This document shows, piece after piece, positions 1 through 8,721 of a DNA stretch of 52,730 nucleotides. The DNA is from Candidatus Woesearchaeota archaeon (GTDB taxonomy: Archaea > Nanobdellota > Nanobdellia > Pacearchaeales > GW2011-AR1): assembly GCA_964498295.1 (NCBI GenBank), contig CAZCGJ010000002.1, positions 1 to 52,730 of the forward strand, written 5' to 3'. The translations under genes were made by a program, and so were the position numbers. Below the pieces are notes generated by a model. That model saw only the letters and a program-made list of their open reading frames with translations. It was not told the origin of the DNA and did no database searches. The first letter of the stretch is position 1; each line of letters opens with the position of its first letter.

Positions 1-307
1 TCCGTTGGACTATATCGATTAAATGTCACCGAGTTGTGACTGAATTTGCTATTTTATCGTTGATAGATAACATCCCATCAAAATGCCATATCGACCCTGT
101 CGCGGGTGGGGCTATTAATCTTAATTAAAAAATTACATTTACGAACCAGGGGAATCCCGAGCAAAGAGGCTTTTCAAAATAATTTACTAAAATATAAAAT
201 GAAAAGAGCTCTTTGCGAGTTGCGAGGGGCTATTTCTGAAGACCAAGATGATAACCTTCTAATATGAACATTTAAATAAGAGTTTTACTATATATAATTA
301 AGAAAAA

Positions 308-619
308 ATGAGGAATTATAACCCTGCAAATTATTTATTAACTCTATGTTTAGGAACAGTTCTTAATTATTCGGTTTATGCATCTGGAAACGGTTCAGAT
401 GAACCGGGATTTGTTGCACCACCCGCAACTCGCTCACCTCCTCCAGCACCTCCTCGTTCAGTGTCTTCAGGAGAAAATAACAATCCTTGCTGCTGTTGCC
501 CAGTTACTTCTCAAGCAAGAACAGAAGCAAAGAAACCACCTCAACCACCAGTATTAATTACAAAACTTAAATCGGAAACTAGCCCTTCTGGATTAGAAAA
601 GAAAGTAGACAAAAAGTAA
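308..619 (+). CDS. hypothetical small Pro-rich protein with signal-like N-terminus
   Basis: 103-aa ATG ORF. Hydrophobic LLTLCLGTVLNYSVYA segment, then PPPAPP and CCCC low-complexity sequence. No family recognised. Confidence 0.3.
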   Translation: MRNYNPANYLLTLCLGTVLNYSVYASGNGSDEPGFVAPPATRSPPPAPPRSVSSGENNNPCCCCPVTSQARTEAKKPPQPPVLITKLKSETSPSGLEKKVDKK

Positions 620-650
620 AATATTCAAGAAACTTGTTTTACCTATACAA

Positions 651-797
651 CTAAATCTTTACATTAGCATCTTTCAAATGCTCATCATGCTGATCCATGC
701 TTCCGCTTAACAAACAATCAAAGCAAGTATGTACGCTCCCGTCCTTTTCTTTAACGAAACCAGTACCGTGGCACTTCTGACAATTCATGTTTCCCAT
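651..797 (-). CDS. small zinc-ribbon protein (48 aa), below the ORF-track cutoff
   Basis: Hand translation of the minus strand gives MGNMNCQKCHGTGFVKEKDGSVHTCFDCLLSGSMDQHDEHLKDANVKI. It contains a DnaJ-type CxxCxGxG motif plus a second CxxC. ATG at 797-795, TAG at 653-651. Confidence 0.4.
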   Translation of the reverse strand: MGNMNCQKCHGTGFVKEKDGSVHTCFDCLLSGSMDQHDEHLKDANVKI

Positions 798-912
798 ATG
801 AAACAAACTAAAGGAGATTATTTAAGGATATCTGTATAAGAGAATATAATCCAAAAAGCACAAAGACTCCAACCAACAACTTTAAAAAGCACCAAAATTA
901 ACTATTTTTACT

Positions 913-1281
913 ATGGTAAAAGCAAAAACGCTAGAAGCAAAATATCCGAAACCAGTTTGGTTAAAGATGTCTGAAGAAGAACTTAGAAAATTAGTTTTAG
1001 AACTATCTGAAAAATATCAACCAGCTCAAATTGGTTTGATTTTAAGAGACCAATATGGCGTTCCAACTACAAAAGTTTTTGGTAAAAAATTATCTGCTTA
1101 TTTAAGAGAAGCTGGAAAAAATGAATTCTTTGAAGTAAAAAATATAGAAAAGAAAGTAGCTAAAATCAAAGAACATATGAAAAACAACGGACAAGATAAA
1201 AAAGCAAAACACAAATTCCAAAAAGCAAATTCAAGACTTAATGCTTTGAGAAAATATTCTGCAACAAGAAAACAGAATTAA
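913..1281 (+). CDS. rps15: 30S ribosomal protein uS15 (archaeal S15P/S13e type)
   Basis: 122 aa. The motif ...QIGLILRDQYGVPTTK... and the basic C-terminus are typical of archaeal S15. Confidence 0.85.
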   Translation: MVKAKTLEAKYPKPVWLKMSEEELRKLVLELSEKYQPAQIGLILRDQYGVPTTKVFGKKLSAYLREAGKNEFFEVKNIEKKVAKIKEHMKNNGQDKKAKHKFQKANSRLNALRKYSATRKQN

Positions 1282-1401
1282 TTCTGTTTCAAAAATTGCC
1301 CTTTCTTTATAAATATTGTTTTACATTCTAAAATAACAAAAAATTACAACAAACCTTATAAAGAAAAAATTCTCAGCACTTTTAGAAAAAAGAGGAAGAA
1401 G

Positions 1402-2727
1402 ATGATTAATTCGATAGCTAATTTGTCGAGAGAATTTTTGGAAGTAACTAAAGATAAACCAATAAGAGTTATTTCTCATTATGATACAGATGGAATAACC
1501 TCTGCCGCGATAATTACAAAAACACTTAGAAGACTTGAAAGAAAATTCAGTCTTAGAATAATTAAAGGAATAGATAAAAGAATACTCGATGATGAATTAA
1601 AAAGAAACACAAGAGAAGTCTTACTTTTTTTAGATTTGGCATCTAACAGCTTAGACTCTTTTCAAAATCTAGAAAACCCTTTATTTATTATAGACCACCA
1701 CGAAATAGATAGAAGCAAATTAAATGATAAAATAAAAATAGTTAACCCGCATCTTTTCGCAGAAGAAGAAGTTTGTGGAGCAGGCTTATGCTACTTATTC
1801 TCAAAATCAATATCTGAGAAAAATAAAGATCTTTCTTCACTTGCGATAATAGGTATGATTGGAGATAGACACGAAACAAAAATAAATAGAATTTATCAGC
1901 AAATATTAAATGACGCGGAAGGTTTGGAAATAAAAAAATCCCTCTTAATATTTTCAGCCACAAGACCTTTGAGAAAGTCATTAGAATACTCAACTGGTTT
2001 TTACATTCCAGGCGTTACAGGTTCATCTCAAGGAGTAGCTGAACTACTTAGAGAAAATCAAATTTCTTCAGAAAAAACATTATATGAATTAAATGAAGAA
2101 GAAATTTCAAAACTAGTAACTTCAATACTCATAAGAATGGCATCTAGCGGAGAAAAAACTGAAATTATAGGCAATATCTATATCATGAAATTTTTTAATA
2201 GAAAAGAAGATGTTAGAGAGTTATCAGTATTAGTAAATGCCTGTTCAAGACTAGGTCATCCAGAAATAGCACTCTCCTTCTGCCTGCAACATGAATATGC
2301 TAAAGAAAGAGCGCAAGAAATTTATGTCCAGTATAAACAAGAATTAATTGATGGATTAAAAAATGCAGAAAAAGTAGAAAAAATTATAGGAAATGGTTTT
2401 ACAATTATTAACGCACGAGATTCTATCAAAGATACAATTATAGGAACAATAACCTCTATCCTTTCATCATCTTTAGATTACAAAGAAGGAACAGTACTGA
2501 TAGGGATGGCATACAATCAGGACAAAATAAAAGTGTCAGCTAGAATTGCTGGAAGAAAAGGTAAAAATCTCAAAGAAGTTCTTGAAAAAACAATTATAAT
2601 GAACAATATAGATGCTGAAGTTGGAGGCCACCATATGGCAGCTGGATGTCTGATTAAAAAAGAAGACGAAACTAGATTCCTTGAAGAATTAAGAAAAATA
2701 TTAGAAATAGAAATTTTGAAAATATAA
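1402..2727 (+). CDS. DHH/DHHA1 phosphoesterase, archaeal RecJ/GAN (Cdc45-like) nuclease
   Basis: DHH-family motifs are present: HYDTDGITS, IIDHHE and the C-terminal GGHHMAAG (DHHA1). Adjacency to rps15 is common in archaea. Confidence 0.8.
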   Translation: MINSIANLSREFLEVTKDKPIRVISHYDTDGITSAAIITKTLRRLERKFSLRIIKGIDKRILDDELKRNTREVLLFLDLASNSLDSFQNLENPLFIIDHHEIDRSKLNDKIKIVNPHLFAEEEVCGAGLCYLFSKSISEKNKDLSSLAIIGMIGDRHETKINRIYQQILNDAEGLEIKKSLLIFSATRPLRKSLEYSTGFYIPGVTGSSQGVAELLRENQISSEKTLYELNEEEISKLVTSILIRMASSGEKTEIIGNIYIMKFFNRKEDVRELSVLVNACSRLGHPEIALSFCLQHEYAKERAQEIYVQYKQELIDGLKNAEKVEKIIGNGFTIINARDSIKDTIIGTITSILSSSLDYKEGTVLIGMAYNQDKIKVSARIAGRKGKNLKEVLEKTIIMNNIDAEVGGHHMAAGCLIKKEDETRFLEELRKILEIEILKI

Positions 2728-3252
2728 TTAAACAACTTTCTCTATTCTTGAATCTGCAGACACACAATTAGCTCTTACAGGACAGACTCTTTCCTCATAA
2801 CACCTTCTAAATCCTGAAAAAAATTCTAAAAAATCCTTGCTTCCCTGGAAATCCTGTTTAGCTTCTTCTTCAGTTACTGGATGATGAACTGCCTCCCCCA
2901 TATACCATTGGTGTTGTGAAATTTGTTCATCCAAACTTGGAACTTGAAGTTTGAAAAGTTCATAAGATTTAGGACATCCCTTTTCATTGCAAGGATCGCC
3001 AGTAGTTATTGGAACACACCTTTCACCCGCAGGAATCTGTGTTAAAAAACAAAGAGCATATCCTTCCTCGCGAGGTCTTAAATGATGACGAATGTAATCC
3101 AAAACAGCCACCTCTCTCTCAATAGGTTTATCCTTATCTATACCCATAAGGTAATGGTGATCATCAAGATGTTTACCAAAATCAGGAAAATGCTTAGGCA
3201 ATGCGTCTAACAATACTTCCAATTGAAAGTCACTTATAGGTCTATCTTTCAT
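2728..3252 (-). CDS. hypothetical Cys/His-rich protein
   Basis: The track ORF runs to 3312 from a TTG. The first ATG is at 3252 (MKDRPISDF...). Contains CxnC clusters and a HQWYMGE motif. Family not confidently recognised. Confidence 0.5.
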   Translation of the reverse strand: MKDRPISDFQLEVLLDALPKHFPDFGKHLDDHHYLMGIDKDKPIEREVAVLDYIRHHLRPREEGYALCFLTQIPAGERCVPITTGDPCNEKGCPKSYELFKLQVPSLDEQISQHQWYMGEAVHHPVTEEEAKQDFQGSKDFLEFFSGFRRCYEERVCPVRANCVSADSRIEKVV

Positions 3253-3357
3253 GTAATTTTGTAAAAATGAGACTTTATATAAAATACTATATTGCAGAAT
3301 ATATTGCTTCAAAATCTAAAACAAAACGCTTTTAAACCATCAAAACCACCAAAAACT

Positions 3358-3537
3358 ATGGAAGCAAAAGCAGAATCAAAGTTTGTAAGAGTAAAGTGCT
3401 CTAAATGCAAAAATTCTCAAATTATATTTGGAAAGGCATCTACAAAAGTAAGATGTTCTGAATGTGATGGAATTATTGCCTTACCTTCTGGCGGAAACGC
3501 AAAGATAAGAGCTAGAGTTGAAGAAGTTCTTAAGTAA
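3358..3537 (+). CDS. rps27e: 30S ribosomal protein eS27 (S27e)
   Basis: From the ATG at 3358: MEAKAESKFVRVKCSKCKNSQIIFGKASTKVRCSECDG..., a CxxC...CxxC zinc ribbon. It is the first gene of the conserved S27e-aIF2alpha-Nop10 operon. Confidence 0.9.
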   Translation: MEAKAESKFVRVKCSKCKNSQIIFGKASTKVRCSECDGIIALPSGGNAKIRARVEEVLK

Positions 3538-3580
3538 GAGTAACTATAAGCTTTTTAAAGCGACCTTTCTAACTATTTAT

Positions 3581-4291
3581 ATGGCAGAACTACAAGAAGG
3601 AGATTTAGTATTAGGTACAGTAACTGGTGTAGAAGGAACCTCTGTTTTTATAAAAATAGATGAGACTACTTCAGGAACAATAACTTTCTCAGAAGTAGCC
3701 CCTGGTAGAATTAGAAATATTAGAGATTACGTTATGCCTAATAAAAAGATAGTCTGTAAAGTCTTAAGAGTCTCCTCAAATAATATTGATTTATCCCTAA
3801 GAAGAGTTACTTCTAAAGAAAGAGATGAAGTTATGGAACACTTCAAATTAGAACAAACAGCTAAATCAGTTTTGAACTCTTTACTAAAAGAAAACGCAAA
3901 AGAAACAGAACAAAAGATTTTATCAGCTTTTGGTACTCTTTCAGAATTTTTCACAAAAGCAAGAGAAGACGAATCAATAATATCTAAATATATTCCTAAA
4001 GAATTTGAAGAACAAATTAAGAAAGTTTGTCAAAAAAGAAAAAAAGAAGTTGAAGTTAAGAAAATAGTAAAATTAAAATCACTTCAACCAGATGGGATAA
4101 ACAAAATTAAAACATTGTTTGAAAATGCAAATCCAATTATAGAAATAACATATCTTGCAGCAGGAACATTCCAAATAAAAGTAAAAGAAGAAGACTATAA
4201 AAAAGCAAATCTAATAATTAATGAATTCTTACAGCAGATAGAAGCTAAAGCAAAAAAGAATTTTGAAGAATTTTCAATCGAGGAAAAATAA
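3581..4291 (+). CDS. eif2a: translation initiation factor aIF2 alpha subunit
   Basis: From the ATG at 3581: MAELQEGDLVLGTVTGVEGTSVFIKI..., an S1/OB domain followed by helical and alpha-beta domains. Operon context supports the call. Confidence 0.85.
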   Translation: MAELQEGDLVLGTVTGVEGTSVFIKIDETTSGTITFSEVAPGRIRNIRDYVMPNKKIVCKVLRVSSNNIDLSLRRVTSKERDEVMEHFKLEQTAKSVLNSLLKENAKETEQKILSAFGTLSEFFTKAREDESIISKYIPKEFEEQIKKVCQKRKKEVEVKKIVKLKSLQPDGINKIKTLFENANPIIEITYLAAGTFQIKVKEEDYKKANLIINEFLQQIEAKAKKNFEEFSIEEK

Positions 4292-4434
4292 TGCCATCGA
4301 AACTTAAAAAATGCCCAGAGTGCAAAGAATATAATTTAACAGATACATGTAAAAAATGTAAATCAAAAACAGAAGACGCCCATTACAAATTCATTAAAAT
4401 AAGAGATGCACCAAATTCAGATAATTTTTTCTAA
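4291..4434 (+). CDS. nop10: H/ACA RNP protein Nop10 (47 aa), below the ORF-track cutoff
   Basis: Hand translation gives MPSKLKKCPECKEYNLTDTCKKCKSKTEDAHYKFIKIRDAPNSDNFF. CxxC...CxxC zinc ribbon. The ATG overlaps the aIF2alpha stop (TAATG). Canonical operon position. Confidence 0.7.
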   Translation: MPSKLKKCPECKEYNLTDTCKKCKSKTEDAHYKFIKIRDAPNSDNFF

Positions 4435-4468
4435 AAGAATATAAACCTTCTTCCAAAGATACTTTTAC

Positions 4469-4541
4469 GCCACAGTAGCTCAGTCGGTAGAGTATCGCAT
4501 TCGTAATGCGAGGGTCGGGAGTTCAATCCTCTCCTGTGGCT
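4469..4541 (+). tRNA. tRNA-Thr (anticodon CGU)
   Basis: Cloverleaf folded by hand. Acceptor GCCACAG/CTGTGGC, D stem GCTC/GAGT, anticodon stem TCGCA/TGCGA with loop TTCGTAA, T arm GGGAG-TTCAATC-CTCTC. No encoded CCA. Confidence 0.85.
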
Positions 4542-4655
4542 TAATTGATTGAACGATAAGAGTTCAATTCTCTAAATGAAACGACTAAAAAATATTTTCT
4601 GTTTCGTTTTTGAACGAAGATATTAAACGGAGACAAAGTCGAGGTTTTCACGAAA

Positions 4656-5288
4656 TTATCCTGTGGCTTCCTCAATTTCTTTTTTAACAATCTCCATGTC
4701 TGCTTCCCAAAGAGGCTTCAACTTTTGATTATAAATTATAGCGGCGGGATGAAATAAAGGAATTAATCTTATTTTTACTCCATGAAATTCCATTTCTTTT
4801 ACTTTACCATGAACTGAAGTAATTCCCGCCTGTTTATCCATATTTTCAACCACTCCATCAGCTAAAAAAAATTTAGTAGCATAATTTCCTAATGAACAAA
4901 CAACTTTCGGTTTCATATCCTTAATCTGCTTAACCAACCAAGGAGTATGTGCACGAATCTCATCTGGAAGAGGATTTCGATTCTCAGGAGGCCTGCATTT
5001 CAATATATTGGCTATATAGACGTCTTTTAAACTTAAACCAACATTATTCAACAGCTTATCCAGATTCTTCCCTGCAGCACCTACAAACGGAAATCCTTGT
5101 AAATCTTCCTTAGCACCCGGAGCCTCCCCAACAAAAAGAATCTTAGAGTTTAAATCTCCCTTACCAACTACTATATTCTTACAATTTTTACAAATCTCTG
5201 TTTGTTTAACTAATTCCGCTTCAGGAAACTTAAATTCAGATTCATTAATTGCCACAGTTAACACTAAAAATAGAAAATTAATAAACAT
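4656..5288 (-). CDS. udg: family 4 uracil-DNA glycosylase
   Basis: The GEAPGAKEDLQGFPFVGAAGKNLDKLL motif with an upstream CxxC and a C-terminal HPAA-type motif is typical of the family 4 (archaeal/thermophilic) UDG. Confidence 0.85.
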   Translation of the reverse strand: MFINFLFLVLTVAINESEFKFPEAELVKQTEICKNCKNIVVGKGDLNSKILFVGEAPGAKEDLQGFPFVGAAGKNLDKLLNNVGLSLKDVYIANILKCRPPENRNPLPDEIRAHTPWLVKQIKDMKPKVVCSLGNYATKFFLADGVVENMDKQAGITSVHGKVKEMEFHGVKIRLIPLFHPAAIIYNQKLKPLWEADMEIVKKEIEEATG

Positions 5289-5306
5289 ATGCCTTGAGCA
5301 AATAAA

Positions 5307-5477
5307 TTACTTAGCTTTTTTCTTAATTTTAAGCAACTTCTCAATTTGCTCACGAACTTCGCCAATATTAATCGGTTTTAATAAAAATCCATCAGCACCT
5401 TTTTTCTTAAAATCTGTAATTACAGACTCTACAACCTTGGATGCGTTCTTTTCATTTAGAAAGAATAAAGAAGAATA
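5307..5477 (-). pseudogene. possible remnant of a CheY-like receiver domain (C-terminal part only)
   Basis: The minus-strand frame reads YSSLFFLNEKNASKVVESVITDFKKKGADGFLLKPINIGEVREQIEKLLKIKKKAK*. It has no start codon and an upstream in-frame stop. GADGFLLKP...L is the typical beta5/alpha5 end of receiver domains. No N-terminal Asp pocket was found in any frame upstream. Confidence 0.35.
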
Positions 5478-5805
5478 TCAAATTAAGATTATTTTTTTAT
5501 AAAGTATCAAAAGAAGGCGGAAAAATACTCAATAACTTAAAACTTGTAGAATATAGGACACTGCCATTTGAACAACACGTAGAATCATCTAAAGTAACTA
5601 AAATAGTTTGTGAAGGAATTATTTATATAATACTTTGGACAGACCCGACTCAAACAATTGTAATAGAAAATGACTTAGTTGCAAAGGAGTATTTATATAT
5701 ATGATTCACTTTGGAATTGTTCTAGAAAATAAACTAACGTAAATTTAAAATATATTTACGCCCCGAACAAACAAAATCAAAATAATATGTCTATCGCAAG
5801 ATAAA

Positions 5806-5877
5806 CGCCCACACGAGGAATTGCACCCCGGTCACAGAGACCGCAACCCTGTATTCTATCTACTGAACTATGCGGGC
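5806..5877 (-). tRNA. tRNA-Arg (anticodon GCG)
   Basis: Hand fold of the reverse complement: GCCCGCA TA GTTC AGTAGATA GAAT A CAGGG TTGCGGT CTCTG TGAC CGGGG TGCAATT CCTCG TGTGGGC G. All stems pair, with a few G-U pairs. The T-loop is atypical (G at position 55). Confidence 0.65.
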
Positions 5878-5937
5878 CTAAAATAAACAAAATCACTTGA
5901 CTTTAAAACATTTCTAATTAGAAAAGCAGAATAAAAA

Positions 5938-6285
5938 TTACTTTAGTAAAACATTATAATATGTTTCATCCATCTTCTGACTATTTTTCCATCTTTTTAC
6001 TGCTTCCAAACAAGCAGCCGAAGGAGGACCAACATAGATTTTATCGCCAACAATATCACCTAACTTTCTTCTAGGTCGCTTTTTTATAGATACAGTTGAC
6101 TGCACACTATAATAAGACTCTACTTCCGGTAAATATAATCCTCTCTCTTCCAAATTTCCAAGTTTATGAAATTCGCCAACAACAGAACGATAAACAATTG
6201 GCTCAGGCTCACCAGCCAAAACCCAAGGCACGGTAGCTCTAATACCTTCAGTCGTAACAAGATCAGACTCAAATAACCCGCACAT
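5938..6285 (-). CDS. hypothetical protein
   Basis: 115-aa ATG ORF co-directional with radA, 23 nt downstream of it. Begins MCGLFESD. No family recognised. Confidence 0.45.
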   Translation of the reverse strand: MCGLFESDLVTTEGIRATVPWVLAGEPEPIVYRSVVGEFHKLGNLEERGLYLPEVESYYSVQSTVSIKKRPRRKLGDIVGDKIYVGPPSAACLEAVKRWKNSQKMDETYYNVLLK

Positions 6286-6308
6286 TTTAAAGAATATTTT
6301 CTCCCATT

Positions 6309-7352
6309 TTAATCTACAACAACATCATGTAAACCATCGGTCTCAACTTGGAATACAGTTTCATTATCAGGTAAGTTAGGAGAGTCTATTAATTTTGCAA
6401 CTCTCGTATCTTTCTTACTTCTTCTCAAATACATTCTATAAGTTGAAGCATGCGCAACAATATTTCCACCAACCGCAGTTGTAGGATCACCAAACATCAT
6501 AGCTGGATTTGCCATAACTTGATTTGTTACATAAACAGCTATATTATAGCTCTCAGCAATCTTCATTAAATTGTGTAAATACTTATTCATTTTCTGTTGT
6601 CTATCCGCAAGCATTCCTCTTCCAGAGAATTCAGCTCTGAAATGTGCAGTCAATGAATCGATAACAATTAGTTTTATAGGTTCACCATTCTTAATCAATT
6701 CTGCAACTTTGTCTAACAATAAAATCTGATGATCAGAATTAAATGCTCTTGCAACTAAAATATTTTTCAAAACTTTATCAGGATTAGCATTATATCTTGC
6801 AGCTAATTGTCTAATTCTTTCAGGCCTAAATGTTCCTTCTGTGTCAATAAAAACTGCTTTGCCATTTGCACCGCCTTGTTCAACGGGCAATTGGACATTA
6901 ACAGTTAAAGCCAGAGCCAACTGAGTCTTTCCAGAACCAAAAGCCCCGAAAGCCTCAGTTATTGACTTGGTTTCAACACCTTTTCCTCCCAAAAGGTTAT
7001 CAAGATTCTTACTACCTGTGGTAATATAGAATACTTCCTTTCGTTTTTCAGCAAATTCTAATCCATCCGAAAATCCTAAGTTCATCATAGAACGAGCAGC
7101 TTGAATAGCTTTTCTTGCAGCAGCTTCTCCCAAACCAGCTAATTCAGCTAAATCAGAAGGACCCATTACTGCAAGTCCCATTAAATCATAAATTCCTGCA
7201 GCTTCTAATTTTGCAGCAGTACCAGGACCAATTCCAGGGATATCAGTCAACTTCTTTTCAGTAGACTCTTCCTCTTTGTCTTCTTTTTTAGCAGCTTTTT
7301 TCTTTTTCTTATCTTCTTTTTCCTCAGAATCATCAATTTTTTCTTCAACCAT
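6309..7352 (-). CDS. radA: DNA repair and recombination protein RadA
   Basis: N-terminal HhH (GIGPGTAAKLEAAGI), Walker A GAFGSGKTQLA, and a RecA-fold core with a Lys/Glu-rich N-terminal extension. Confidence 0.95.
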   Translation of the reverse strand: MVEEKIDDSEEKEDKKKKKAAKKEDKEEESTEKKLTDIPGIGPGTAAKLEAAGIYDLMGLAVMGPSDLAELAGLGEAAARKAIQAARSMMNLGFSDGLEFAEKRKEVFYITTGSKNLDNLLGGKGVETKSITEAFGAFGSGKTQLALALTVNVQLPVEQGGANGKAVFIDTEGTFRPERIRQLAARYNANPDKVLKNILVARAFNSDHQILLLDKVAELIKNGEPIKLIVIDSLTAHFRAEFSGRGMLADRQQKMNKYLHNLMKIAESYNIAVYVTNQVMANPAMMFGDPTTAVGGNIVAHASTYRMYLRRSKKDTRVAKLIDSPNLPDNETVFQVETDGLHDVVVD

Positions 7353-7392
7353 AAACAGAATTACCTCTATCCTTTTATAAACATTTATGTAA

Positions 7393-7872
7393 TTAAATCT
7401 CTATGTTAAAAAACAAAAATACGACGATAAGAATATCACATAAAAGTAACAAAACAAAAACAATCTCTTCAATTATACCACCAGAATTTATCCCAATAAC
7501 AAAAAATTTCTTCTTATAAAAAGGCCAAAATAAAAAGATACCTCTTTTCGTGAAAAAATCAAGGAATAAATGACAAAAATAACCAATGAAAAAACCTACA
7601 CCTGCAGAAGAATTAATAAAATAAATTATCAAACTAATAATAGAAGCTATCAAAAGACTATGAATCATCCCTCGATGTGAAAAAAATAATTGAAAAGGCC
7701 TAAAAATCCAATACTTCCCAAGTTTGCTTTTTGTAGAATCAATATCGACAAATAAAGTAGCAATCAGTAAAAAAATTCCAAAGATAAGTTTATCATAAAA
7801 ACTAATTTCTAAAAATTTAAAGAAAGCCAAAAAAATAACTATTGCAAAAACAAAATGAGTTCTAAAAAGCAT
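7393..7872 (-). CDS. membrane-bound metal-dependent hydrolase-like protein (YdjM/DUF457-like)
   Basis: 159-aa polytopic protein with N-terminal RTH, a DIDS motif and HRGMIHS, as in the DUF457 family. Confidence 0.6.
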   Translation of the reverse strand: MLFRTHFVFAIVIFLAFFKFLEISFYDKLIFGIFLLIATLFVDIDSTKSKLGKYWIFRPFQLFFSHRGMIHSLLIASIISLIIYFINSSAGVGFFIGYFCHLFLDFFTKRGIFLFWPFYKKKFFVIGINSGGIIEEIVFVLLLLCDILIVVFLFFNIEI

Positions 7873-7881
7873 AAAAAATAA

Positions 7882-8679
7882 TTAAGTTAAAGTAAAGTCG
7901 CCCTTAAGTGTTCTTTCTGGATAAACTACTAGGCCCTTTCCACCTTTAATATCCATTTCTACAATTCTTCGATCAATATTTGCGCCTCGCAGTTTGATAA
8001 CTTCCATCGCTCTCTTTCTTGTTCCGCCCTTGTAGAAAACATTATAGATAGCAACGATACCATCTGAAAGGAAAGATACTGCTTCTCCAGCTTCTTGGAA
8101 ATTATTACCTACATGAGTAGGACTAGATACTTCTCTAATCAACAAAGAAGTCATATTGTGAGATTCTAGATATCTGAATAATTGTTCCATATAAATTCTA
8201 AATCTTGACTCTTCACCTGAGAACGCAGATGAAATAGAAGATAATGAATCTATTAATACTAAATCTGGTTGAAAATCTGTAGGAATCAAAACTGGTTGTA
8301 CATCAATCAATAATTCTTTCTTAGCTTCACTCAGTAATGCTTCAACGCTTCTTGCAATATCCAATGCATTGAATCTTTTAACATATAATAATTTCTTCTT
8401 TTCATATTCATCAACATCAGCACCGAAAGATTTCATATGATATCTTAATCTATACTCTGGCTCCTCAAAACTCATATAAAGAACTTTTTTTCCTCGCTCA
8501 CACATCTGCTTAGCCATTTCTAAACAAAATAAAGTCTTACCACTACCAGGGCCACCTTCTATTAGAATTGCACTACCCTTAGGAATACCTGCACCTATCA
8601 AAGCATCAAAGCCAGGAACATATGTTTTAATATATTCTTGTTGAAAGCCGTCTGCTTTACTATCTTTTTTTGAAACCAT
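7882..8679 (-). CDS. KaiC-like single-domain RecA-superfamily ATPase (ArlH/FlaH-like)
   Basis: Walker A GGPGSGKT, Walker B LVLIDSLS, about 265 aa. Lies directly downstream of the prepilin peptidase in the pilus-type cluster. Confidence 0.75.
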   Translation of the reverse strand: MVSKKDSKADGFQQEYIKTYVPGFDALIGAGIPKGSAILIEGGPGSGKTLFCLEMAKQMCERGKKVLYMSFEEPEYRLRYHMKSFGADVDEYEKKKLLYVKRFNALDIARSVEALLSEAKKELLIDVQPVLIPTDFQPDLVLIDSLSSISSAFSGEESRFRIYMEQLFRYLESHNMTSLLIREVSSPTHVGNNFQEAGEAVSFLSDGIVAIYNVFYKGGTRKRAMEVIKLRGANIDRRIVEMDIKGGKGLVVYPERTLKGDFTLT

Positions 8680-8721
8680 ATCACACTCTTGTCTATATCA
8701 AACTACTTGTATTTAAAAACC

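Noticed and set aside
3292-3357. Long N-terminal extensions implied by track ORFs that begin at non-ATG codons
   Set aside because: This applies to the track starts at 3292, 3312, 3518, 19971, 24428, 27350, 36731 and 48425. In each case the track start is TTG or GTG, and the extension overlaps a neighbouring gene or promoter. A downstream ATG gives a product matching the family N-terminus or a typical ATGA/TAATG coupling.
5441-5704. 87-aa plus-strand ORF between UDG and tRNA-Arg
   Set aside because: It has no recognisable motif, overlaps the receiver-domain remnant on the other strand, and lies in what looks like a decayed region. It is kept only as context for the pseudogene finding.
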